A stretch of 64,000 nucleotides of DNA from Minisyncoccia bacterium. GTDB lineage: Bacteria; Patescibacteriota; Minisyncoccia; Phycocordibacterales; UBA918. Positions 27,061 to 35,281 of the stretch are shown in pieces (positions within the stretch are counted from its first letter, which is position 1; each line of letters begins with the position of its first letter). The position numbers and the translations under genes were made by a program. The notes under the pieces were generated by a model. It did not search any database, had not been told where the DNA came from, and worked only from the letters and a program-made list of their open reading frames with translations. The stretch lies in assembly GCA_046598345.1 (NCBI GenBank), contig JBKJIT010000003.1, forward strand, positions 5,089 to 69,088. Direction: 5' to 3'.

Positions 27061-27807
27061 ATGTTTAGCTCAATTTGGCACGGAGTCTTCTTTGATCCGA
27101 TATACAACAGCCTCGTATTTTTTATCGATTCGTTGCCAAAGGGCGATGTTGGGCTCGCGATCATTGCTACTGTGGTACTCGTAAAGCTTATTCTTCTCCC
27201 CTTTTCCCTAAAAGTCGCGCGCACGCAGCTCATAATGCGAGAGATAGAGCCAAAGCTCAAAGAACTTAAAGAAAAGTATAAGGATCAGCGGGAAGAACAG
27301 GCTCGCCGCATGATGGAACTCTACCGGAATGCCGGGGTAAATCCCTTTTCAAGCATCCTGCTTCTTTTTCTCCAGATCCCTATTGTTATCGCCCTTTATT
27401 TCGCCGTCTCTACCGGTGGTGGTGTTTCACTTCCAAATATCAATATAGACCTTCTCTATTCATTCGTTCCGAAGCCAGAGACCGCCAATATGCTTTTCCT
27501 TGGAATTGTTGACATTGCAGGGAAAAGTCTTCTTCTTGCTCTTCTTGCAGGCATTACTCAGTACATTACCGGGCACCTTACCCTTCCCAAGCCTGAACCG
27601 CGTCTCGCAGACTCGAAACCCGATTTTAAAGACGATCTCGCGCGGAGCATGCAGCTTCAGATGCGCTACATGATGCCGATTCTTATCTTTGTTGTTGCCT
27701 ACACTATTTCAGCAGCGATTGCGCTCTACTTCGTGGTGAGTAACCTCATGGCAATTGCACAAGAAGTTGTCGTCCGACGCCAAGGTCTCAAACCAGCGAA
27801 AAAATAA
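27061..27807 (+). CDS. yidC: Membrane protein insertase YidC (short form)
   Basis: rpmH-rnpA-yidC synteny, multi-TM, YidC/Oxa1 core. Confidence 0.8.
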   Translation: MFSSIWHGVFFDPIYNSLVFFIDSLPKGDVGLAIIATVVLVKLILLPFSLKVARTQLIMREIEPKLKELKEKYKDQREEQARRMMELYRNAGVNPFSSILLLFLQIPIVIALYFAVSTGGGVSLPNINIDLLYSFVPKPETANMLFLGIVDIAGKSLLLALLAGITQYITGHLTLPKPEPRLADSKPDFKDDLARSMQLQMRYMMPILIFVVAYTISAAIALYFVVSNLMAIAQEVVVRRQGLKPAKK

Positions 27808-27877
27808 ATAGTTGAATACGTGCGACAGAGAGGTGCTCCGCATCTTTCTCTGAATAACTGAATAAAAATCAGAATAT

Positions 27878-27934
27878 GAAACCCCGTCATATCCTATACG
27901 GTCCGGCCGGACCGTATAGGATATGACGGGGTTT
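27878..27934. terminator. Long perfect palindrome GAAACCCCGTCATATCCTATACGGTCCGG|CCGGACCGTATAGGATATGACGGGGTTTT between yidC and the convergent T4SS-like operon
   Basis: About 27-bp stem with T-run. Confidence 0.6.
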
Positions 27935-27974
27935 TTGTCGGGTCTTTGTTTGGGGGTAAGGATGTTATTTTCTT

Positions 27975-29126
27975 TTAGTCACCTCGCACCGAGGTGTCAT
28001 ACATCCAGAGGGTACCGTCGTTTTTGTTTATGAAATAGATGTAGTCTCCATTTGCACTTACACCAATCTTTGACACATCAACCTCTCGTCCACTTTCAAC
28101 TTCAAAATCACTGAGGAGTGCCCCCTCGCCAGATGTGATATTAATTTTCCAAAGACCATCGGAAAAGGAGACTATTCCTTTATACCAATCGTCTGGGTAC
28201 AGTGCTTCCGGCATTTTGAAGGGCGCTGCACAGATCAAATGTCCCCCCACGGGTTCCTCGGTGCATTTTTGAGGAAAGAGTGAGAGTGGAAGAGGACGTG
28301 TCTCAGCCGCTGACACATGTGAAGAAGTTAAACTACTTTCAGTAATTTTTGTCATACCGATGCCATACAGTGCAGGAAATGCCATAAGCCCAACCCCACC
28401 TGGAGCCACATATCCAAGGGAACCATTTGTGATTCGATAGAGGTGTCCAATCTGTGCCCCGCTCGGAGTGGTGTATACATATGTGTCTGTCCCCCATACA
28501 ATTTGTATGTCGCGTAGAGGGATTGAAAACAGCACGGAGGTTTGCCCGGTTCCTATGTGGTACTGCACACCCACCGTACCAATATCAGTCGGTTCAATAT
28601 ACGAAATGGTATTTTCCACTGTAAACGCCGCTTCCCGTGCGCGCGGGGGCAGCTGAAGTGTTTCAATTTTTCCTCCAGAACTATCTGAAACATACGTCCC
28701 TAACACAGTCTGTATTCCCGCTTCGGTATCATACGTAATAAGCACTCGTTCACCAGTTTCGTTAAAAATTGCATCTGTTGTACGTGGGAGGGTGGTGCCG
28801 CTGAGGAGCGTTTCATTGCCGCTTAACAGTTGTATTTCATAGAGATGGCCAGTTCCCCGTTCCATGTAGCGTACTCGTTCGCCGATAAAAACAGCACCCG
28901 CAACCGGACGTGTGGTTAGTTGTCGCAGTGCTTTGCGTGATGCTGTGTCATTACTCCCCCCATTTTGTGATGAACTCGGTTCAAAAACGCTTGGTGATCC
29001 AGAACCAAAATTAGCAAAGATGTCTTCCCCATTTTCGGGTGCACCAAACATAAACAAATATACCCATACAACCACAATAAGGAGGATAATGATGATGCCT
29101 GAAATAATGAGAATTGGTTTTTTCAT
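27975..29126 (-). CDS. Membrane-anchored extracytoplasmic protein (possible beta-propeller), last gene of T4SS-like operon
   Basis: N-terminal TM IISGIIIILLIVVVWVYLF. Start ATG 1 nt after the upstream stop. Confidence 0.5.
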   Translation of the reverse strand: MKKPILIISGIIIILLIVVVWVYLFMFGAPENGEDIFANFGSGSPSVFEPSSSQNGGSNDTASRKALRQLTTRPVAGAVFIGERVRYMERGTGHLYEIQLLSGNETLLSGTTLPRTTDAIFNETGERVLITYDTEAGIQTVLGTYVSDSSGGKIETLQLPPRAREAAFTVENTISYIEPTDIGTVGVQYHIGTGQTSVLFSIPLRDIQIVWGTDTYVYTTPSGAQIGHLYRITNGSLGYVAPGGVGLMAFPALYGIGMTKITESSLTSSHVSAAETRPLPLSLFPQKCTEEPVGGHLICAAPFKMPEALYPDDWYKGIVSFSDGLWKINITSGEGALLSDFEVESGREVDVSKIGVSANGDYIYFINKNDGTLWMYDTSVRGD

Positions 29127-29127
29127 A

Positions 29128-29910
29128 TTATGAACCGTTTGCTTTAGGGTACGTGCACACTGAACTTCTTTGATCAGGGTTGCTCACAAATGTACCCTTC
29201 AATTGTGTACATTGTGTTCTGCAGGGTCCGGGAGGGTAGTCAATGATCGGCTGACCACAATTTGTTTCTTCTGCTGTACAGCCACCAACAATTGTCGTCA
29301 CCGCTTCGTAGGTACATGTTTTTGTGGCAGTTTCATATACACAACCAGTGGTATTGTCAGTTGTGCTTTCAGTAAAGGTTCCACCCAGGGCTCTGCACTC
29401 ATTTGCACATAGGCTTATGTCGGCATTACTTTTCGAACAAATTTTTGTTGCGGTCGTCCCAGTCAACCCAGAATTTGTACCAGTTGTTCCCGCGGCGTCT
29501 TTGCTTTTAATAGTAATTGTTGGGGCGTTACCCAAGATATTTAAATTTGTGAGACCAGAATAGATGGTATTCAGTACCACAAATGGAATAAGGAGAATTC
29601 CCAAACCTTTTAATACACCCATAATGTCGTCTTTAGCCTCCTCCTTATTTGTGATCACGTCACCAAAAGCGTACTTCGCACCCGCAATGGTTATTTTAAT
29701 GGCCGCCGCGATGGCACCAATTATAATAAGAAACTTGTAGAGTTGATTTAAGTAGTTTGCGAGGCCCCCGGTAGATGTTGGTGTAATGCCCGGAATCCCC
29801 GCAAGAGGGACAAATTCATTTCCCGCAAACAAAGTAACCGGCAAGATAAGGTACATCACACTTAGGAGAATGAAAGTGGTTACGTTCCTGTGTTGTGAAA
29901 TAGTGTGCAT
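29128..29910 (-). CDS. VirB2/TrbC-like pilin with C-terminal Cys-rich (10 Cys) extension
   Basis: Signal peptide, then two hydrophobic helices separated by a short charged loop (LYKFLIIIGAIAAAIKITIAGAKYAF - GDVITNKEEAKDD - ILLIPFVVLNTIY). Start at MHTIS (29910), 1 nt after the upstream stop. Confidence 0.5.
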   Translation of the reverse strand: MHTISQHRNVTTFILLSVMYLILPVTLFAGNEFVPLAGIPGITPTSTGGLANYLNQLYKFLIIIGAIAAAIKITIAGAKYAFGDVITNKEEAKDDIMGVLKGLGILLIPFVVLNTIYSGLTNLNILGNAPTITIKSKDAAGTTGTNSGLTGTTATKICSKSNADISLCANECRALGGTFTESTTDNTTGCVYETATKTCTYEAVTTIVGGCTAEETNCGQPIIDYPPGPCRTQCTQLKGTFVSNPDQRSSVCTYPKANGS

Positions 29911-29911
29911 G

Positions 29912-30898
29912 TTATTTAAAGAAAACATCGAATGCACCTGCGACGTACGTGGGGATCTCTCCGACGTGTTTGAGTACATACCGGAATCCAAGATTCGCAG
30001 ACCCTTCGCCCCCAGTATGACGGAGAGTAATAGCATTCTGCTCACTGTTTCCAGGATTTACGGAGCTACCATTCATTGTCCACTCCGCATCCCCTTCCCC
30101 TCCAACATTACGAGTGTCCATAAAATACGGCTCAGCGAGAATGGTGGTTTCTTCCCCAGTCATTGTAAATGTGGGCGTGAGTGCCTTACGACTTAGTCCA
30201 CGGAGAGGATTTGTTTCATAAAAATACAGTTCAGGCTCTACTCCATTCAGAAGAATAATATTTCGGCCGAGAGTCGATCGATTAGTGTCGTACACCGTCA
30301 CCATAAGCCTATGGTCTGCATACGGGGGCATATCAAAAGTTACTGCATACTTTCCCTGTACTGGTCCGCCAAAGAGAACACTGCCATCGAGTGACCATTC
30401 ATAGGTGTAGCGTTCCGGGGCGGTGTTGGTTTTTCCATGCACAATTGCAATCGCACGAATAGGAGCATTCTCTGCCGGAAGTGCTCTCCCCTCATAGAAA
30501 TCGGGAACGCTCGTTTCCGCCTCAATAATAAGATCTACAGCACCGACTTGAATAGAAAGTTCCGTTTGAAGCGGGACACCATTTGAGGTCATTCGGACAC
30601 GTACCGTATGCTCGGTGCCAATTTTTCCGGTAGTAAACGAAATTGAACGCTCGTTTCTTCCTTCAATCATCTCCTTTCCGTCTACATACCAGAAGATGCT
30701 TGACCCTACTGTATTCATAGAATATGCATCGAGAGTAACGGTGACGGTGGAATTCGGTTGAGGAAAGCTTGGTACAGTAGAAAGTGAGATTTTACTCTGA
30801 TAGTCTGAAAGGGATTGTGCGTTCGATGGAGAACTTGAAAGAACAATGCTGCAGAGAAGCATTGCAAAAAAAAGTAGGCCGTTTCGAACGCGTACCAT
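29912..30898 (-). CDS. Secreted protein (signal peptide, beta-rich/Ig-like), T4SS-like operon
   Basis: MVRVRNGLLFFAMLLCSIVLSSSPSNA signal peptide. Confidence 0.5.
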   Translation of the reverse strand: MVRVRNGLLFFAMLLCSIVLSSSPSNAQSLSDYQSKISLSTVPSFPQPNSTVTVTLDAYSMNTVGSSIFWYVDGKEMIEGRNERSISFTTGKIGTEHTVRVRMTSNGVPLQTELSIQVGAVDLIIEAETSVPDFYEGRALPAENAPIRAIAIVHGKTNTAPERYTYEWSLDGSVLFGGPVQGKYAVTFDMPPYADHRLMVTVYDTNRSTLGRNIILLNGVEPELYFYETNPLRGLSRKALTPTFTMTGEETTILAEPYFMDTRNVGGEGDAEWTMNGSSVNPGNSEQNAITLRHTGGEGSANLGFRYVLKHVGEIPTYVAGAFDVFFK

Positions 30899-30924
30899 TA
30901 CCTCTAGTGTATCATTCGGAGTCG

Positions 30925-31824
30925 TCAACTGGCCGGGTTTTCGTGGATTAGTGCGACGGTAGATCTCACCTTTACAATTATGACCCAGATGAGAAGCCAG
31001 GGACCAATATTTGTTACGGGGAGAAAGCTCAGGGTAAAGCAAAGCGGCGTCAGTAGGGGGTGTTTTTTATTCACCTCAATCCCCGTAATGTAAAACGAAA
31101 TAATACAAGCGAGAAATACTCCAATGGTGATCAGTGCAGCGACACCCCAAAATGCCCACCCCAGTAAATCTGGTTGAAGCGCTGAATTGGCAAGGCTGAA
31201 TATCCAATTCGTGGCAAAGCCATGCCATGCGGTAGTTTTTGACCCTTCGATCGTGGCATATATTCCCCAGGCAATGAGTGTAATAAGTGCACAGATGAAT
31301 TGCCATACATACGCAGTTGCAACGAATCCAACTATTCCCCAACCCACAAGGCTTCGTGCCTGCTTTCCTTTTTGAGCAATTTGCTTCACCTGTCCCGCAG
31401 CACGCTGTGCATTGGCCAATCGCCCGCCTGCGCCCTCCAACCGTCTTGCCGTCTCTCCAGAACTTTGAGCACCACTGGTACTCTTCATTAGGGCAGTTTT
31501 TTCCTTGATATCTTGTGCAACACCCTTTTCTCCTGTCTCGGTTCGAAATCGCGCTGAAGAAGCAAGTGGGGATTCGTAGTGGGTCTCTACATTTTGTGGT
31601 GAAGACTGAGGTGAAGATTTGCGGACGGCGTGTCGGTGAAGGGTCCGCACCTTTTGTATAGAGTAGGAAGGGTCATTTGCGGCTTCTTCTCGTGAATCCC
31701 GGTCTCTAATTGCATCAGGATTATACCGATCCTCAAGCACGTGTTCCATTCCAGGTTGTTGATCAACACGACGAGGGTCTGCCCACGCATCATTTTTTCG
31801 TACCGTGCTCCTATCCCCTTTCAT
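30925..31824 (-). CDS. Membrane protein with hydrophilic N-terminal region and about 4 C-terminal TM helices, T4SS-like operon
   Basis: TM segments from LVGWGIVGFVATAYVWQFICALITLIAW onward. Confidence 0.5.
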   Translation of the reverse strand: MKGDRSTVRKNDAWADPRRVDQQPGMEHVLEDRYNPDAIRDRDSREEAANDPSYSIQKVRTLHRHAVRKSSPQSSPQNVETHYESPLASSARFRTETGEKGVAQDIKEKTALMKSTSGAQSSGETARRLEGAGGRLANAQRAAGQVKQIAQKGKQARSLVGWGIVGFVATAYVWQFICALITLIAWGIYATIEGSKTTAWHGFATNWIFSLANSALQPDLLGWAFWGVAALITIGVFLACIISFYITGIEVNKKHPLLTPLCFTLSFLPVTNIGPWLLIWVIIVKVRSTVALIHENPAS

Positions 31825-31846
31825 AATTGTTTATATGAGGCGTATG

Positions 31847-33643
31847 TTAGCCATTACCTTGAAGTTCCGCACGGGCATTCTTTATTTGGAGAATTTGTGA
31901 GGGATCAGAAGTAATGATTTGGTCTTCTGTGTAGGAAGCAATAACTTTAATCGCTACATGTTTTAGTCCTGCAAAGAAAATCCCTTCGCCAACTCCCGAC
32001 TCAAGGAGAAGAAACTTCTCTTCATCGGTAAGGTTGAATACACTTTGGAGCGTATCGACTGCGGTTGGCGATTGTTTCATAAGCATCTGCATAGATGAGT
32101 TCGTGATCATCGGGACTCCGTACGGTGAGCGGAGGAAGTCATCCACATCCTGCGTAATGGTCGCAATCCCGAGGTAATATTTGCGACCGCGCTTTGCAAG
32201 GCTGTGAAGGAATTCAGCCGTGTCGGGGGATTTGAGCATCCACCACGCCTCATCGATAACGAGGAGTCGCTTCTTCAGCTCTCTCCGGATCGCGCCCCAA
32301 ATGTGACTTGTAACGATGTACATCGCAATGGTTTTGAGTTCCTCCTCCATGTCTCGGAGAGAAAAGACGATAAAACGCTGGTTGATGTCGATGTTCGTGG
32401 ATTGATTGATGAATCCTGACCACGTACCTGAAGTATATTTTGACAGACGTTGTACGAGTGACTCACTTCCCTCCATACCTGCGAGAACCATTTCAAAGTC
32501 GGAGAGCAGTGGTGGTTCGAGGTTGGTGTAGTCATTATTACCAGTGATGTCCTTTAGTGCATATGTTTCGCGGAGTGCCTGGTCAATAATGGCATCTTCT
32601 TCAGGTGTAAGCCCTGAAAGCATGAGCTTAAAAAGTCCAACGAGCTCAATAATATGTGATCGGAGAAGGTCCTCAGGATTCTCGTCCGCCTGTGGAGGTG
32701 GAAGATCAAATGGATTAATGTGGTGGCTCGACGAGAGAGAAATATTGAAGAAACGTCCTCCAGTTGCCTCTGCGAGGTACTCGTACTCTCGTTCAGGATC
32801 GATCACGATAATCTCTGTACCAAACATGAGTGAGCGAAGAATCTCGAGCTTCAACGCATAGGATTTACCTGCACCGGAGGTAGCGAAAGTCACCGAGTTG
32901 TAATTGGGGAGAGAGAAACGGTCAAAGAGAACGAGCGATGAGTTGTGCCTGTTGATGCCGTAGAGAATACCCGTGTCTGAAGTAAGGTCAAATGAAGTGA
33001 ATGGGAAGAAGCTTGAGAGTGGTGAAGAGTTAAATTTGCTATGCACGAGCAGTTTGTCGCTCACCGTTGGAATAACGCTTGCAAATCCTTGCTCTTGCTG
33101 GAAGAGCGCTGGTTTAATGTAAATAAGTCGTGCATCGAGCGAGGTCTTAATTTCCGCTTCTGTTTTATTGAGTTCCGTTTCAGTATCTCCATAAATAGCC
33201 ACGTAGAGCCCCACATCAAAAAGTTTCTCTTCTGCTTGTTGGAGTTTGTCGCGAAGATCTTCCAGGTTGCGGTATGCTGCGTCAAGTTGTGGGTCACGCA
33301 CCTGGTGATGCTCTTCGCGCATATTTATCTGGCTCTGCACCTCTGCCACCTTCTTCGTAAATTTCTTTAATGTTTCAGCGGTACTAATGGGGTGAATGAT
33401 GATCGTGACATCGAGTTCGCGTTCAATATTGAGAATTGGCTCCATCCAACCATCGTTCAAGTACCGTGGGTAGGAAACCGCAAAAAACACACGTGCGAGC
33501 TTGCCACTTATGCTAATGCTCCTTGGATTAATGCTGATTGCGGCAGGCGCAACTACATCTTCCATAGTGAGCGGCGCATCGCTCCCCACGATTTCCATTT
33601 CGTCTTCCTTCTTATGTGGTTTTAATGCGTCAAAAATTCCCAT
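31847..33643 (-). CDS. VirB4/TrbE/TraC-family type IV secretion ATPase
   Basis: Walker A TSGAGKSYAL, Walker B LLVIDEAWWML, RKYYLGIATITQDVDDF. CagE/TrbE/VirB-type N-domain. Confidence 0.8.
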   Translation of the reverse strand: MGIFDALKPHKKEDEMEIVGSDAPLTMEDVVAPAAISINPRSISISGKLARVFFAVSYPRYLNDGWMEPILNIERELDVTIIIHPISTAETLKKFTKKVAEVQSQINMREEHHQVRDPQLDAAYRNLEDLRDKLQQAEEKLFDVGLYVAIYGDTETELNKTEAEIKTSLDARLIYIKPALFQQEQGFASVIPTVSDKLLVHSKFNSSPLSSFFPFTSFDLTSDTGILYGINRHNSSLVLFDRFSLPNYNSVTFATSGAGKSYALKLEILRSLMFGTEIIVIDPEREYEYLAEATGGRFFNISLSSSHHINPFDLPPPQADENPEDLLRSHIIELVGLFKLMLSGLTPEEDAIIDQALRETYALKDITGNNDYTNLEPPLLSDFEMVLAGMEGSESLVQRLSKYTSGTWSGFINQSTNIDINQRFIVFSLRDMEEELKTIAMYIVTSHIWGAIRRELKKRLLVIDEAWWMLKSPDTAEFLHSLAKRGRKYYLGIATITQDVDDFLRSPYGVPMITNSSMQMLMKQSPTAVDTLQSVFNLTDEEKFLLLESGVGEGIFFAGLKHVAIKVIASYTEDQIITSDPSQILQIKNARAELQGNG

Positions 33644-33662
33644 GGCATCTATATAGTAACGT

Positions 33663-34289
33663 CTATTGCTTGGGCGCGCTCGACATGTCTGTAGGATTAA
33701 AAATGTGGTAGTACAGCTCTATGAGCGCGTCGTTTCCTAGCGCCGCCGTACGCACCCCGATGCGCGATAGACCCTGCTCTACCACACTCACGCGCTGCTC
33801 AAGCTGACTCCGCTCTTCTGCAAATTTAGCAGCATCCATCCCCACACTTTTTTTCTTCGCTCCAATGTTGAGAAGGTCTTTAATTCCCGCAGTATCAATA
33901 CCACTCGGAGTGTAGGGCACAACGACGAAGAAGTTTTTAGACATAATGTCTACCTCTTCGGTAAACGAACGGATAAACTCCATGTATTCGCGGAGTTGAA
34001 TCTTCATGAGGTCGTTGTACTGGCCTGCCTCGTGCGAGCGGAGCACTTCCATGTATGGGCGAATGTCGAGACGACGAGATTGTATGTAGATCTGCAGTGA
34101 GAAATCAATGGTATTAAGGAATGATTGAAAGTTGGTGAGGATTGCCTCCTGTTCCGCCGCTGACTTGAGAGCAAAGTTGATCGACGATGCGAGGAGCACC
34201 ATGCACATTTGCCCATTTTTAAGTATGACAATTCCATCACGGATATCCTTGATGGGAACAAAATGTTGTGTGGGAGAAGTAGTTGCCAT
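33663..34289 (-). CDS. Soluble 208-aa protein immediately upstream of VirB4-like ATPase (possibly a split-off VirB4 N-terminal/accessory domain)
   Basis: 20-nt gap to the ATPase gene; no TM. Confidence 0.45.
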   Translation of the reverse strand: MATTSPTQHFVPIKDIRDGIVILKNGQMCMVLLASSINFALKSAAEQEAILTNFQSFLNTIDFSLQIYIQSRRLDIRPYMEVLRSHEAGQYNDLMKIQLREYMEFIRSFTEEVDIMSKNFFVVVPYTPSGIDTAGIKDLLNIGAKKKSVGMDAAKFAEERSQLEQRVSVVEQGLSRIGVRTAALGNDALIELYYHIFNPTDMSSAPKQ

Positions 34290-34291
34290 AC

Positions 34292-34702
34292 TTATTTAGT
34301 GTCGTTCATATTTAATTCAAGCTTGTGTGCGAGAGCTGCGAGATTTTGCTTTTGCATTGGAATATTCTCGGGAACCTCAACTGGCTCTTCACGCTTTGTC
34401 ACAATACTCTGCTCTTTTACCTTCCTCCAAAGATATAACTTGCTTCCACTAAAATAACTCACAAACGCCTCAAGAAACGATGAAAATGGACGATTATTGA
34501 CCTGGTGGAATGCAAGAAAACCTGCGAGGGAGGCAACGGGGATTGCGAATAGGAGGAATAGGAGGAATGGAAGCATAAAAAAGAGCACCACACAGAGCCC
34601 CACCCCACCCGCAACATACACAAACTGCTTCCAGGTAAGTGGGCCGACGATCTTGTCTTCAACGTCAATAAATTGAGGTACTTCAAAGCGCATACACCAC
34701 AT
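34292..34702 (-). CDS. VirB3/PrgI(TcpE)-like small 2-TM protein
   Basis: 136 aa, two adjacent TM helices (VYVAGGVGLCVVLFFMLPFLLFLLFAIPVASLAGFLAF), positioned just upstream of the VirB4-like gene. Confidence 0.45.
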   Translation of the reverse strand: MWCMRFEVPQFIDVEDKIVGPLTWKQFVYVAGGVGLCVVLFFMLPFLLFLLFAIPVASLAGFLAFHQVNNRPFSSFLEAFVSYFSGSKLYLWRKVKEQSIVTKREEPVEVPENIPMQKQNLAALAHKLELNMNDTK

Positions 34703-34742
34703 TGTATCCTACTTTTCCTCGAGCTTTATGAAGCCGTGCGGA

Positions 34743-35279
34743 TTATTCCTTCCCCTCGTTTTTTGCTGCATCAGCTTTTATGCGCGCAGCTTCAATATCA
34801 CTCGCCATCGTGCGCTTTGGAGAAAGTGCATTCATGAGTTCTTCGCGCGTAAGTGGTCGTGCCATTTCTTCAACAATCCCCACTTCTGGCGATACAGAGT
34901 TTTGTTTTTGCACGCCCTCGGGACGAAGATCTAGACGTTCTTTAGAATCTGAAATTTCAAAAGTTTGTTTCACCGCAGAAGAAGTATTCGCTCTCCCCTC
35001 AATTGGCTCTAGAAATTCTTTTAAGTCACTCGCGATTTTATCGGCTTCGTCTGAAGACACTTTTACGTTTTCAACCATAAGTTTTTTCAAGTCAGATATT
35101 GGATAGAAACCCAATATTATGTCTCCAACAACATTTATAAGGGCATACTTGTCTGATACAGAATATTTTTTGATGAGCGAAAGAAAAAGTTCACCACTCT
35201 CTTCCGAGCTATACATTGACGCATATGATTCAGGAAGTTGTGAGAACGCCGCTAAACGCATTTCTTTTGTGATTGTCAT
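34743..35279 (-). CDS. Soluble hypothetical protein, T4SS-like operon
   Basis: Start at MTITKEM (35279), 2 nt after the VirB6-like stop. Confidence 0.45.
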   Translation of the reverse strand: MTITKEMRLAAFSQLPESYASMYSSEESGELFLSLIKKYSVSDKYALINVVGDIILGFYPISDLKKLMVENVKVSSDEADKIASDLKEFLEPIEGRANTSSAVKQTFEISDSKERLDLRPEGVQKQNSVSPEVGIVEEMARPLTREELMNALSPKRTMASDIEAARIKADAAKNEGKE

Positions 35280-35281
35280 AT

